Source: Octopus vulgaris (Eukaryota). Taken from it: a DNA stretch of 64,000 bases. Position numbers and translations under genes: made by a program. Numbering within the stretch: the stretch's first letter is position 1; each line of letters opens with the position of its first letter. Location of the stretch: the NCBI GenBank assembly GCA_951406725.2, contig OX597820.1, positions 92,566,001 through 92,630,000 on the forward strand, read 5' to 3'. Positions 27,753 through 40,553 of the stretch are shown piece after piece. The notes beneath the pieces were generated by a model, which saw only the letters and a list, made by a program, of their open reading frames with translations, was not told the DNA's origin and made no database searches.

Positions 27753-28069
27753 GAAAGATAAACGCATAAACATACCTACACAAACACACACGCACAAAGC
27801 AGTGATTGTTTAGAGTTTGGCAAATTAGCCTTAAAACACCATCACGTATGTTTTGGCTACAGTGATGATTACTCTGAAAGCGAAATATTCGTGGTAACTC
27901 AATGGTCAGATCAGCAGTTAATGCAATTTGAAAACAGTTGTTCGCTGCCTCCGTGTATCCTCCAAACCCGGCCAGTCGATTAGAGCGACCCCAGTACTCA
28001 ACTGGTAGTTAAATACTTCAGTTAATATTTTGCTGGATATTTTATAGGTGATTCCTCGCCAAAGTTGAA

Positions 28070-28099
<30 letters not shown>

Positions 28100-28100
<1 letters not shown>

Positions 28101-28400
28101 CACCGTGACCGACCTTGCTATCAAATGTTGCTACACATCGATGGTCACAATGCGCTTCGCATTGATTTAACCTCCAAATGACGCCACCCCGCTGGCTAAG
28201 CGAGCAGGCCAACAGAAGAAAGAGTGAGAGAAAGTTGCGGCGAAAGAGTACAGCAGGGATCGCCACCACCCACTGCAGGAGCCTCGTGGAGCTTTAGGTG
28301 TTTTCACTCAATAAACACTCCCAACGCCCGGTCTGGGAGTCGAAACCGCGATCCTACAACAGCGTGTCCGCTGCTCTAACTACTGGGCCATTGCGTCTCC
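28100..28400 (-). mobile_element. tRNA-derived SINE (another family)
   Basis: Minus strand begins ggagacgcaatggcccagtagttag (A-box) ... gtttcgactcc (B-box-like). GC-rich body between microsatellites. Confidence 0.7.
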
Positions 28401-28418
28401 ACATACACACACACACAC

Positions 28419-28460
<42 letters not shown>

Positions 28461-28462
<2 letters not shown>

Positions 28463-29103
28463 GTAAACAGTAAAAATAATTACAGATATGGACAAGAACA
28501 TGAAACACCACAGAGACGACACAAGAACCACAGGACGGGACATTCGAAGCCCTCAGTCATCAGTCAAGAACCAGATCATCTTAGCAATTTCGGCTGATTA
28601 ATCTTGAGATTGCTCCGATATGGGCAGCCCGCCAAGGGAAATCTAAGCCAAGCGCATTAGATCCCCTGGAAGAAAGCTTCGAATGTATACAACACGAGGA
28701 CGGAAAACGAACGAAGTACACGAACAAAAATACAGAATACGTGACACCAATAAGAATACAAAAACGTAAAAACAATAACGGTAAAAATAAAAAATAAACA
28801 ACAAAACAAAACCAGGACGTAGGACAAGGGTCTTTCGACAGGACGAGTTGAGTATGGGGCTGGCTTATGAAGTTGTGCCTAATGGCCGCAGGGAGACGAA
28901 CAAATACGTGTTGCTTCAGCGACTGCTGGAACGAAAAGAGCGCTCAACAGCGGCTAGCGGTCACGTGAGAACAAAAGACAGGAGAAAGGGACAGATGAAA
29001 AGAGAGAGAAGGTGGACGAGGGAGGAGAAGAAAGAGACAGATCGAGGGGGCTGGAGGTGAGAGAGATAGAGAAACGTAGAAGGGGGGGAAGACGGATGGA
29101 GAA

Positions 29104-29105
<2 letters not shown>
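28461..29105 (-). repeat. (TA)n-flanked dispersed repeat homologous to 11959-12376
   Basis: See 11959-12376. Confidence 0.65.
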
Positions 29106-29135
<30 letters not shown>

Positions 29136-29284
29136 CAAAAAGCAATAAAGATTCAAGTTAATTTAAATGAATTTACTTGAATATGGTACCTAACTTAGAT
29201 GCACCAAAAAAAACTATACTGTTTTAACAATACAGTAATGTGGGGTGATTATAAGCGAGAAAGAAGCAACAAGAATGGATAGGT

Positions 29285-29375
29285 TTTTAGTACAATCGTT
29301 TCATACAAGGACAGGCTTTATTAAAAGTTGCAAAAATTACAGCATATAAACGTGTCCCGTACTCATCAGCTAAAA
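29285..29375 (-). ncRNA. Type I hammerhead with extended stem II
   Basis: Reverse complement of 29711-29801. Confidence 0.78.
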
Positions 29376-29710
29376 TACATGTGAGTTCTCTAGACATCCT
29401 AGTGGTTCACCCTCTCTGTAATGCTAATAAGCAGGAATTGAGACCCACCTCGTTGTGATTAACAATGGATAAATTTGTCGTCTGTGAGTATGTAATCCCT
29501 CCTCATATCTCTGGAAATTCATATGTGCACTATGGATTAGGTCACCTTCTCTGTGATGCTATTAAAACTTTTTTAAATTCTGTGATAAGACTGTACATCA
29601 TCTTTAAAGAACTTTAATGAACTTTGGAAATCTGTTTATGTTACTTAATTATCTACATTACTTCATGAGTATAGCCTCAACCACTAGGATGTCTAGAGAA
29701 CTCACATGTA

Positions 29711-29801
29711 TTTTAGCTGATGAGTACGGGACACGTTTATATGCTGTAATTTTTGCAACTTTTAATAAAGCCTGTCCTTGTATGAAACGATTGTACTAAA
29801 A
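29711..29801 (+). ncRNA. Type I hammerhead with extended stem II
   Basis: TTTTAG-CTGATGA-GTACGGGACA..(60-nt stem-loop in total)..TGTCCTTGTAT-GAAA-CGATTG-TA-CTAAAA. Confidence 0.8.
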
Positions 29802-29831
29802 ACCTATCCATTCTTGTTGCTTCTTTCTCGC

Positions 29832-29872
<41 letters not shown>

Positions 29873-30010
29873 AACGATTGATTAGAAGATATATATATGT
29901 GTATGTATGTGTGTGTCTATATGCGTGTGTGTATATGTATACATATACACATATATATGTGTGTGTGTGTGTGTGTACGTGCGTGTGTGCTTGTATATGT
30001 GTATTTGTGA

Positions 30011-30290
30011 AGGCGCGTGGCCTAGTGGTTAGGGCTTTCGGCTCCCGATTGTAAGGTCGGGAGTTCAATTTGCGGCTACAGTGTGTCCTTGAGCAAGACA
30101 CTTTATTTCATGTCCACTCAACTGGCAAAAATGAGTTGTACCTGTATTTCAAAGGGCCGGTATTGTCACACTCTGTGTCACGCTTAATCTCACCGAAAAC
30201 TACGTTAGGGGTACATGTGCCTGTGGAATGCTCAGCCACTTGCACGTTAATTTCAGCTCGTCGTCGTAACCGACTGAGTGCTCCTCCTCC
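30011..30290 (+). mobile_element. tRNA-derived SINE
   Basis: A-box TGGCCTAGTGG, B-box GAGTTCAAT, tgtgtccttgagcaagacacttta core. Confidence 0.8.
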
Positions 30291-30299
30291 TTTGATTTG

Positions 30300-30306
<7 letters not shown>

Positions 30307-30374
<68 letters not shown>

Positions 30375-30469
30375 CTATATATATATATTATATTTATATA
30401 TATTATGTATATATATATATATTATATTTATATATATTATATGTATATATATATATATATATTATATTT

Positions 30470-30503
<34 letters not shown>

Positions 30504-30504
30504 G

Positions 30505-30555
<51 letters not shown>
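30307..30555. repeat. (TA)n-rich microsatellite
   Basis: Direct reading. Confidence 0.95.
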
Positions 30556-30558
<3 letters not shown>

Positions 30559-32897
30559 TAATATGTATATATGTGTGTGTGTGTATGTGTGTCTCTTTGT
30601 ATGTGTATCTTGTATTATTCGTTTATTGGTGGGATCAACAAAGATTTACTGTATACCATTTAATAAATATAGGATTTAAATACGAGCTACTATAAGTAAC
30701 ATGACGAAATCGTATAGCGTGCCGTTAACAATTCTGCAATCTTTAAGGATCAAATTAAATATGGTTGCTCTCTGAGAATAGACGACAAATACCGTAAAGT
30801 AAATTTCTCGTTCTTTCTTCAATGACGACCAATTCCCAATTATCATCCTTTGCAAAATCTACACCCAGTAAAAGGGTCACGGAGTGTTTCCGAAATATAG
30901 ATATAGATAGGGAAATGTGACAAAATATACATAAACAATAACGGTAAGAGTCTCTATATTCTTAGGTATGATTCTTCCAAAATGTGATACTATATGTATT
31001 TTTCGTGCTTTATTTTGTTTGAATCTTTGTTTGGAGAGTGATGTATCTACAAAACATTTTACATCACACAATACATAATTATTTCAGTCATTTTACTAAA
31101 TTAGTTTAATAATATGAAATCGTCCTATTTATTGTCATACTTAATATCATTTACGTTGTCAAATTACTGAATAAATTTAAACTTCCGACTTCTAGACGAT
31201 GTATAGTACCCAAACGTGTAAGAAATTAGTACATGGAATCAAATATGTGTCTGTGTGTTTTTGTGTGCATATACGTGTGCCTACTTATGTGTTCGTGCTT
31301 AAATCCACTCTGTTATATCAAAAATATCTAACTGTATGCAATAAAATTATATCGCTGAATGAAAAGTTGGTTTTAATATAATTATTTCGAGCAAAATTTG
31401 GAACCATCTCAAATTTAATTAACGAATAAAATGGAAGTTATCACATTAAATTGAAATAAAACTTCAGGATAAAGAATACCTAGAGAATTATCCCGAAATC
31501 ATTTCATTGTTTTCGCGTATTTTCTTCTTAAGAATCGATAAGTTCCGTTTACTATACGATAGTCCATGTTGCACTATCTTTACAAACTTACATACGCGCA
31601 TACGCGCGCACGTACGCACTCACGCATACACACATACGCATACACGCGCATATGTACACACACATATGTACACACAAATATACATGAACTAAAGTTTCCA
31701 CATAATTAGTGTTGGATTGGAATTGTATTTGCATGTCAGAAATTTTATATCTTTTCAGAATTAATAATAGATAAATTACATAAATTCGGCATTCCTTCTA
31801 GCTATAAATATAAATATACATACGTTTTATACATACATACATGCATACATACCTGTGTGTGTGTGTGTGTTTGTGGACATGTGTGCGTGTGTGTGTATGC
31901 ATATAAAAATTTATTTATATTAATATATCAATATTAATGCACTTCGAGGTTGCGATACTTTGATTGGTTAACGAAATGCTGTCCATCGGTGAGCAGACTT
32001 TCAAAGTTCGAACGACTATCAGAAACATCAGATTCTAAAATTTGTTAGTTATTGTTTTTTTGTTAGGAAAACAGTTTGAATCCATAGAGGAAAGCCATTT
32101 GCCAGGGCTTCGTCATATTTGAGCTCATTTCTGTTTTAAAATGAGCTTCTATTCCGTTTCTTTTGGCACGTTTCCATTTTAGAATTACCTAAGTCCCAAC
32201 TGAATGCTGTCACAAAAAGACACTTTAAAACTAATCTTTATTCAAGCGAATGTTTAATTGTAACATTAGTAATTCTTCAATCACTATTTAACATTTTCGA
32301 TAGTAACGAATTTTTTTTGCGCGTGTTTGATAGTGAATATACGCTACTGACAAGGCCCAACGAAAGAGAAAAAAAGTATCTAGCATTCTCATCATCGCTG
32401 CCGGACAAAGTCCCTTTGTTAGAGCTATATGTGTGTTTTTAAATATACTACGTCAATAACACATCCCCATACGAATACCACAGTTAATTTTCCTTTGCAC
32501 GATCTATCTCTATTAACTACGATACAGAAATGGCTATAAAACGGAAAAGAAATACGATAAGTAAAAATCAAATAAAGTGAGAACTAAGTTAATACAAATG
32601 TATGACAATTAAAGTATGTGTATTCTATGATAAAGTAAATCATTAATAAGGAACAATTTAAATATGTAATTACAATGCTTTCTAATTGGGGCAAAAATCT
32701 TGCTATTTTGATGGGAGAGGAGGTCGATTGACTAGTACATTATTTTATCGACCCCGAAAGGAAGACAGATAGAAATTGAATTTAGAACGAAAAAAGCGCC
32801 GCAAAAAATGTGGGTAACGATTCTGAAATATCGCCGATTAATCGAAACAACAATAACAATAACATCAACAAAAGCAACAACAACAACAATAATAAAT

Positions 32898-33605
32898 GCC
32901 CTGATGCAGTACCAGACAGTGGCTTTCATGGCTTTTGATCTTAACTGATTGGAAGTGTTATCTTGCACATTGTTTTGTCCTGGTATGAAAGCTGGGCTAC
33001 AGCAAATATTCTGCTCAATACCATAGATTTGTTTGTCAGTTGCTTGACCTTAACGAGTTGAGCATGTCCCTTAGTGGCTGACGATATGAGCATCTTTGAT
33101 CACGAACAGAAGTGGTGGGGAATCATCATAGCCATATGTTGAGAGGAATGTTTTGGAGCGTGAATAATTCACCTTTGGAAACATAGGTGTTTTGTTCATC
33201 ATCCATACACAAACCTTCCTTATTCAGGGACATTTTGAGAAAATTCTAACTGGGCCGCACCTGCAAGGTCAAGCGCTGTTTATCTTGATATAAGATCCGT
33301 TTCTTTATTACCCACAAGGGGCTACACACAGAGGAGACAAACAAGGACAGACAAACGGATTAAGTCGATTATATCGACCCCAGTGCGTAACTGCTACTTA
33401 ATTTATCGAACCCGAAAGGATGAAAGGCAAAGTCGACCTCGGCGGAATTTGAACTCTTGATATAAGATCATCATGTCGCACACACATGGTTGTAATGCAC
33501 GTGCCTAGTGTACCCTTATCAGACGGTTAATCATGATGGGTATATTGGACTTCGTATATTTTACCACAGTGTTACTTTCAAGGCATGCACTGCTCTCTCT
33601 CACTC
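32898..33605 (+). mobile_element. Family E non-coding element, longest copy (~540 bp plus SINE insert)
   Basis: Starts gccctgatgcagtacc after (CAA/TAA)n and ends gcactgctctctctcactc. Homologous to 5340-5513 and 21157-21488. Confidence 0.85.
33298..33454 (-). mobile_element. 5'-truncated OK-like SINE with 15-bp target-site duplication
   Basis: tcttgatataagatc at 33283-33297 and 33455-33469. The empty site is visible at about 5366-5380. Confidence 0.9.
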
Positions 33606-33812
33606 AAGAAGAAGTAGAAGAAGAAAAAGAAAAAGAAGGAGAAGAAGAAGAAGAAGAAGAAGAAAGAAAAAAGAAGGAGAAGAAGAAGAAGAAGAAGAAG
33701 AAGAAGAAGAAGAAGAAGAAGAAGAAGAAGAAGAAGAAGAAGAAGAAGAAGAAAAAGAAGAAGAAGAAGAAGAAGAAGAAGAAGAAGAAGAAGAAGAAGA
33801 AGAAGAAGAAGA
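33606..33812 (+). repeat. (GAA)n microsatellite
   Basis: Direct reading. Confidence 0.95.
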
Positions 33813-33821
33813 ACCCTTTGT

Positions 33822-34032
33822 ACTACTATAGGCACATGGCCTGAAAGTTTGGGGAAGGGACTTGTGGATTATATTGGCCCCAGTGTTCGACTGGTTCGTA
33901 TTTTTATCGACCGTAAAATGATGAAAGACAAAGTCGACCTTGCAAGTATTTGAACTCAGAAAGCGAAGGCGGACAAAATGTCACTGAGCATTTTGCCCGT
34001 CGTATGCCAAGGATTCGACCAGCGTGCCGCTT
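33822..34032 (-). mobile_element. Degenerate OK-like SINE
   Basis: tttatcgacc..gatgaaag.caaagtcgacct..tttgaactcagaa. Confidence 0.7.
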
Positions 34033-34499
34033 TAATAATAATATATTAATATTGGATGTATGAAGCCTGACCTTCATACATCCAATAATAGTGATTCTGT
34101 GGCATTTTTTATATACCATGTTATGTTGCTTTCTTCTCCTCTAATGCTTTCTTCGCATCCAATCAATCATCTTCCCCCCTTTTTCTTGGTACATACAGTC
34201 TCTCTGTGTCACATGTGGGTGGAGTAACCCATATCTAGTCAGTAACTTTCCTGTCTTTCTGTCTAAGCTATTTAGTTCGTCTACTGTCCATGCGATTACT
34301 CTGCTCCATATCTAAGTATTGACACCGTTCAGGGGTTGATAACTTCAATCTTATTCTGTCCGTTTAATTTTGACTTAAGTATCAGTCTCAGTCTGCGCAA
34401 GTACTCCACCTAAAATCTTTCTGTCCTTTCTTTCTCCGTCAATTTTCTTATTTCTATTACTTTTATTATTATAATAAAAGTAATAGATTTTATTATAAA

Positions 34500-35853
34500 T
34501 GTAACAGGTTTTACTAGTATTGCGTTTTGATGATGCTAGTGCAAGAAGAAAAAAGAAGTGATGATATATTGGAGCCCATAAGAGGAGTATTTGAAATGTG
34601 GAATCAGAATTTGAAAGATGGATATGTACCAAGTTCATGCAAGACAATTGATGAACAATTAGTTTCATTCAGAGGGTGCTGTCCATTCTGGGTATATATT
34701 CCTTCAAAACCAGGGAAATATGAAATTAAAATTTGGGCAATATGCAGCAGTGAAACATCTTATGCCTGGAAAATGCAAATCTGCACTGGAAAAGGTCCAG
34801 TAAAAGGGAGAGAGACAAATCAAAGTTCAAGAGTTGTTGAAGACCTAGAAAAAGAACTTCAAAATACTGGTCGCAATATAACTCGTGATAATTTTTTTGC
34901 AAGTCTGGAAATGGCTCGAAAGCTGCTTGGTAAGAAAACTACTTTAGATGGAACAATCAGAAAGAACAGAGTTGAACTTCCAAGTGCTTTCCCAACGGAT
35001 AAAGAAACATAAATCAACAGAACAATATTTAGATTTCAAATGGATTCTATGATCCTACTTTATTGTCCCAAGAAAAATCTTTTAAATTATGTAGTCCCAC
35101 TTACGAGTACAATGCACTCTCAGCCTTCAATTGATTCAAATAGTACTGAAAAGAAACCTGAATTTATTACATGTGACAACAAAACAAAATGAGGATTAGA
35201 TACATTAGATAAGATGGTAAGGACAAACACTTGCAAGAGAATGACTCGAAGATGGCCTTTGGTTATATTCTACAACATGATTGATATAAATGCAGTGAAT
35301 GCTTTCATTGTTGCTAAAAGCTTCACTTGCAAAGTTTCAAGGATAAAAGAAGACAGTGCCTAATTCAGTTAGGAAAGGAACTTGCTACAGTTAATTCTAA
35401 ACAAGAACATGACAAACAATCTTCTAGTTCTGTTAACATTTCTCAACCAAACAAGAGAAGAGGATCTTCAACCTCATTTGAAATTCTTCAGCCAAAGGAA
35501 AAGGAAGATGTTCTTTGTGTGGCCCAAAAAAGATAAGGAAACTCGTACTGCATGTAAGAATTGTAATTTCCTTGTTTGCCAAGAACATTCCAATGTTGTC
35601 TACATTCACTGCCATGAAGTGCTGTAATTCTGTAATTATGTAATTTTTTAAATTTATAATATTCTGCAAGCTGTATATTTTTTTTTAGGAAAATTTATGA
35701 GAAATAGTAATTCCTCATTCACCTGATAGCATATACAATGTAGGTAAGAAATAGTGGTAGTTTTAATATTATTTAATTAAAAGAAAAAAAATATTGGGTC
35801 CATTGAACCCAGTTGGTAATTAGTGGCATACATTTTCTCTGATAGACCAAGGG
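34500..35853 (+). pseudogene. piggyBac transposon 3' half (PGBD4-like transposase remnant) with right end
   Basis: TIDEQLVSFRG.CPF.VYIPSKPGKY.IKIW, DNFF, RRWPLVIFYNMID, C-terminal Cys-rich C..C..VCQEH. Ends ...ccaaggg|TTAA (35854-35857). Confidence 0.9.
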
Positions 35854-37679
35854 TTAATATATGATTATTAAGAAATGTTCAATAATTGATTATTTTGTAA
35901 GAGATTTAAATTTATTTAAAGTCCTGCAAATTCTGTTATTAATTCTTGTGGCCACTGAGCAATAACTATCAATAAAACATCAATTGATAACTTGTTTATT
36001 TTACACAGCTTCAGAAGATTACATATTTTTTATTGTTCTAAATCTCCTGAGCTGTAGTGTTTGTGTTGTGTTTCAATACACAAACTACATTTTATTTCAA
36101 ATTATAAATTGAAGCCCACGTAATGACTTCATTTAACATGAAAGGTAACTCGAATTCCGCGCATATTTTTCATGTAGTAACGGTTGTTCCTTTCTGATTG
36201 CTAGGTCATAGCGTTATGAAATGAAAGGTAGTATTTAATTATTTTGAATGCCAATGACATGTTAGAAGTCTCATAATAATTCATACAAAACTCATGAAGC
36301 TACTTTTAAATTCGTAATATATGTATTAAATGGAGAAGAAAATACATTGTACATAAAATGAAACGGTATTTTCGTTAACTCAGTGTGGTGAATCGAGAAA
36401 TGTAATGTATCAAAATTACTCCTGTGGAAAGAAGAAATAATTATTGAGCAGGGTAATGAGGCGCGTGTATGACCTTTGCAGTAGAGGAACAGAACAGACG
36501 TTTTGTATTATTTCATCTCCTCAGTGACGTATTTTAATACTTACAAGTACTCACGAAACAACAGCAAATTACTTTTAAGTGATGGTGATTATTTCATTCA
36601 TCCTTTGCAGACTCGATTTTCGGATCATATTCTTCATCTGATTCCAGTTAAATTGGAAATATACCAAGTAAGAATTTTCTCTTAAACAGTGACGCACACA
36701 ACACAAACATCTAAGATTTTAGTTGGCGTGTTAACACCATATTTTTACTAGATCATTGTGACAGTGAAAGATTATAGATAACTCTATATTCCATCCTCTG
36801 AATTAACCATGGTTAATCTCCTGTTAATAGATTTCTCTGTCCTTGAATCTAGAACACAGGACAATCGGTTTCGCTGAGTGTCATCGATGTATATTTATAT
36901 ATTTAAGATCAAATGCTTTAGTTTATCTGGCTCGATGAAGTTATTAAAAAGTGGTATAATGTACTAATATAGTACATGACCATGCTGAGAGATTTTGCTG
37001 AATCTCAATAAAAACTTCACTAATGCCGCATCTTTTTAAGCACAACGAATTTTGGAAGGAAATTATTCATTGGATAACGTAGAAAGCGTAGTGAAGTCCA
37101 AACAAATCCAAATGTTTAAATATTCTTCTCATGCAGCAAGTAAAAAAATAAACTTGTCTAATATTTTTACAGTATATTTGCCAAAATATATTTATATCTA
37201 AATCATTGCAATTCGGTATTGATTTACAGTACATCAAAGTGTGATATCAACAACAGTACAATCCGTCGAGGTCCGATAGTATAGGTGCAGATGTAAATTA
37301 GTAGTTACATAATAAGATATAGAGTGATGGTGGCTCCTCTAAGAAGGATGACTAGATCTGGCTAACACGCACAAACTGGTAACAAGAAGTGGAGAAGATT
37401 ATTCAGCCCGGAGGAAACTACCCAGATCGCAGAAACAGAAACCACTTTAGTAACGAAATAAAAAAAAATGGTGTAGAGAGGTGTCAGTCTGTCAGTAGGT
37501 TAAATTTGGAGTGCATTGTTAAACGACGGTTAGGCAAGCAGTCTACTAACTATTATTTCTGGACGTGGTTTATTATGCTCAAGTATGTACTTTCCAGATG
37601 TATTATCTCTACAGTAATTCATGTGAGTTACAAATATTAATTGAGGAAGTTGCTGATGTATTTTTCAGTTTTGAAAATA

Positions 37680-38100
37680 ATTCTTTTACTCTGTTTTTCT
37701 CTTACTTGTTTCAGTCATTTGGCTACGACCATGCTGGATCATCGCATTGAATGATTGAATTTTCGTCGAACAAATCAACCCCAGGACTTATTTTTAAGCA
37801 TAGTACTTATTCTATCGAACTATTTTGACTAACCGCTAGGTCACGGGCGCAGAAACACGTCAACACCGGTTGTCAAGCGGTGATAGGAGTCAGATACAGA
37901 CACAAAGACAAACACACACGCACACATGCATACATAATATACGACGGGCTTCTTTTAGTTTCCGTCTACCAAATCTGCTCAAATGCTCTGATCGGCTTGA
38001 GGATAAATAGAAGACACTTGACTAAGGTGCCACACAGTGTGAGTGAGCTCAAAACCATGTGGTTGGAAAACAAGCTTCTTAACACATGCCATACCTGTAC
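37680..38100 (-). mobile_element. SINE (46458-46873 family)
   Basis: Colinear with 46458-46873, with an internal CA/TA tract. Confidence 0.78.
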
Positions 38101-38780
38101 CTATTCACAATCTTGTTCATGCAGTCTTTGTTATGTTAATGATGTACGATCTGGAGAAGAGAGCTTTAGTGATGGTGAATTCTAATATTTGATTCGATTG
38201 TGAAGTTTCTAGTTACAACCCATGTTTAGGTGGGAAGGCGAGGTACGATAATGTTTTCTTTACAGTTGAAATGATTGTATCGTTTTACTGTTGACAAGAA
38301 CGGAACGGCTTCCTTGAAAGATGTTCCTTCGGATCTCAGATCATTGTATTAGTGCAGATTTCAAGTGAGATGTCATGGTGCGTAAGGATAACGCTCTTTT
38401 ATGGGAAGCAAATGTAGTATCATCTGCGTAAGAAAAGGCGTTATTTGTGCTGCAACTATTCAGTTTATTGCTGTGTAGGAGGAAAAGTCTATGGAATAAA
38501 ACGGAACCTCAGGGAACGTCAGAGTTAGCAGAATGAGGGTCAGAGAGATCTTCATCTACACAGTTTGCGATAATGCAATCCGACTCGAAGCCATTAGTAC
38601 ATGAGTTAAGAAACGGGAGGAATCTATAGTCAGATAGATTTGGCAATAAATTATTATGTTACATAACATACACTTTGCTGATGTCGAGGGCAATAAAACT
38701 GAATTAATCAAATTCTTAGGATGAAGTACTCATTGGTGAATGATATGGAAAGCAAGATGTGGTAATACAAAAATTGTACT
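38100..38780 (-). pseudogene. Old APE-type LINE reverse transcriptase remnant
   Basis: Minus strand gives IALDISKV, NSDVP*GSVL and FSYADDTT in the expected order. Confidence 0.65.
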
Positions 38781-39818
38781 GGTAGTCATTTATATTGTGA
38801 TCTTTAACTACAATTGGAAATCTTTGAATAAAAATCATATTTCGCCCAGAAAACTAAACATTGCGAATAAGGGTGTCATGTGCTTTCGTCAACCATGAAA
38901 TAGAAGTTATATTCAAGTGTTGACTGCTACTTACACATCGTTAGTAAATATGGGAAACTGATTCTTTTACTGCAGATAGCTATTAATTATCGCCAATGTA
39001 TCTAAGATGGCATTATTCATAAAAATTGATATCTGGATAATAAAGAAAACGAAAAGACGAACACAGATTTGATCATAGGTACATAGAAAGAGAAGTTAGA
39101 TATAAGAACTAATGGAATTAATTTGCTCAAAACAACATATAAGAAAGGAGTTGTGAATAAATAAAAACGTAACTCAGTTAACGTATTGTTTTTAATCTCT
39201 TGAAATATTAGCATTCGCGAAGATAATCATAGTTTACAATTAAAATGTCAGCTACATATTATTATATCAAACAAGTAAAGTTAACAGAAATGAGAATAAA
39301 ATGTTAGGATCTCCGCCTTTAATTAGATATGAAGCTTAAATGGAAACATAGTATTCAGAAAGGAGGAAGAGACGTAAATATACATTAAAGACTATTCCGA
39401 AGAAATCATTTACTTCTAATGTTTATTCCAAGGTTGGAAGCTTTAGAAATTTCATCTCTAGTAGATTTTTCTTTCTTTGAGTCATAATATCGTAATATCG
39501 ACTAACAGTTTTCAAATAATAAAGTGATGTTGCAAGATATAGCATCACCCGGTATTTTTTGGCAACCATATGCGTTTTATTATTATTATTAATATCATTA
39601 TTATTATCATTATTATTATTATTACTATTATTATTATTATTATTATTACTTTTTTTTCTTCTTTCAAATTTGCTTCCATTTCTTGCCGAGTGTCTTCCCG
39701 ACTCCTAGGGCAAAGAAACTCATAGTATACATTGGTAGGCCATTAAACCAAACTCAGTAGTTCGTTCATTTTTTTTTTTTCTTAAAGTTAAATTAAAATA
39801 CATGAGCAGCAACAGTTC

Positions 39819-40553
39819 TCACATCGACAATGCTCTTCTCAATACGTGTGATGTACCAGTTAAGACAATCTTTTGCACTTCTTGCAGGGATGGTAAGCCA
39901 GGGATCATTCTCATATAATTTTCGGTTCCCTTCTTGATCATTCCTAGTGCTCCTACGATCACTGGTATTGTAACCGCCTTGAGATGCCACATTTTCTCAA
40001 TTTCAATGAGTAGGTCTTTATATTTTCTGAACTTGTCAAACTCTTTCGCTGAGATATTATGATCACAGGGGATGCTCATGTCGATCAATAAGCAAACTTT
40101 ATTGTTTTGGTCTTTCACAACAATATCTGGTTTATTGGCCTTGATGGTTCGGTCTGTATGTACTGGAAAGTCCCACAGAATGGTTACATTTTCTCCTTCA
40201 GTTACAGCCTCAGGGTGGTGATTATACCACTTGTCGGCAGTTTTGATATTGTAATGCCGACTTATTAGCCAGTGGAGATATTGGCCAACTCTGTCATGTC
40301 TTAATTTATACTCCACTGGTGCTAAGACTTTACATCCAGAGATTAGGTGGTCCACTGTTTCAATCATGTCGTTGCAGAATCGGCATTTTGGGTCTGCTCC
40401 ATTTTTCATCACATTGGCCTGGTAGTTCCGGGTTAATAGGTTTTGATCTTGAGCAGCCAGGATGAAACCTTCGCTCTCTGCTTTTAGCCCTGAACTCCGT
40501 AGCCACTGATGGGTTTGCTTCTGGTCAACATCAGCTTGTTTGCTGCGGGTCAC
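39819..40553 (-). CDS. R4 ORF CCHC + restriction-like endonuclease part
   Basis: CRFC..ETVDHLISGC, RHD, KPDIVV, IDMSIP, KFRKYKDL. Confidence 0.92.
   Translation of the reverse strand: MTRSKQADVDQKQTHQWLRSSGLKAESEGFILAAQDQNLLTRNYQANVMKNGADPKCRFCNDMIETVDHLISGCKVLAPVEYKLRHDRVGQYLHWLISRHYNIKTADKWYNHHPEAVTEGENVTILWDFPVHTDRTIKANKPDIVVKDQNNKVCLLIDMSIPCDHNISAKEFDKFRKYKDLLIEIEKMWHLKAVTIPVIVGALGMIKKGTENYMRMIPGLPSLQEVQKIVLTGTSHVLRRALSM

Larger units (their letters stand above)
29135..29831. mobile_element. Penelope-like non-autonomous element with 153-bp perfect inverted arms plus ~120-bp tail, in (TA)n
   Basis: 29255-29407 is the reverse complement of 29679-29831. Both arms carry a hammerhead. Confidence 0.85.

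Noticed and set aside
28530-28645. Hammerhead in the 12-kb/28.5-kb repeat family (minus-strand CTGATGA/CTGAAGA and GAAA words)
   Set aside because: GAAA precedes the CUGANGA word, and the stem ggctg/cagcc before GAAA is preceded by CTTGGCG rather than a core. At most a badly decayed motif.
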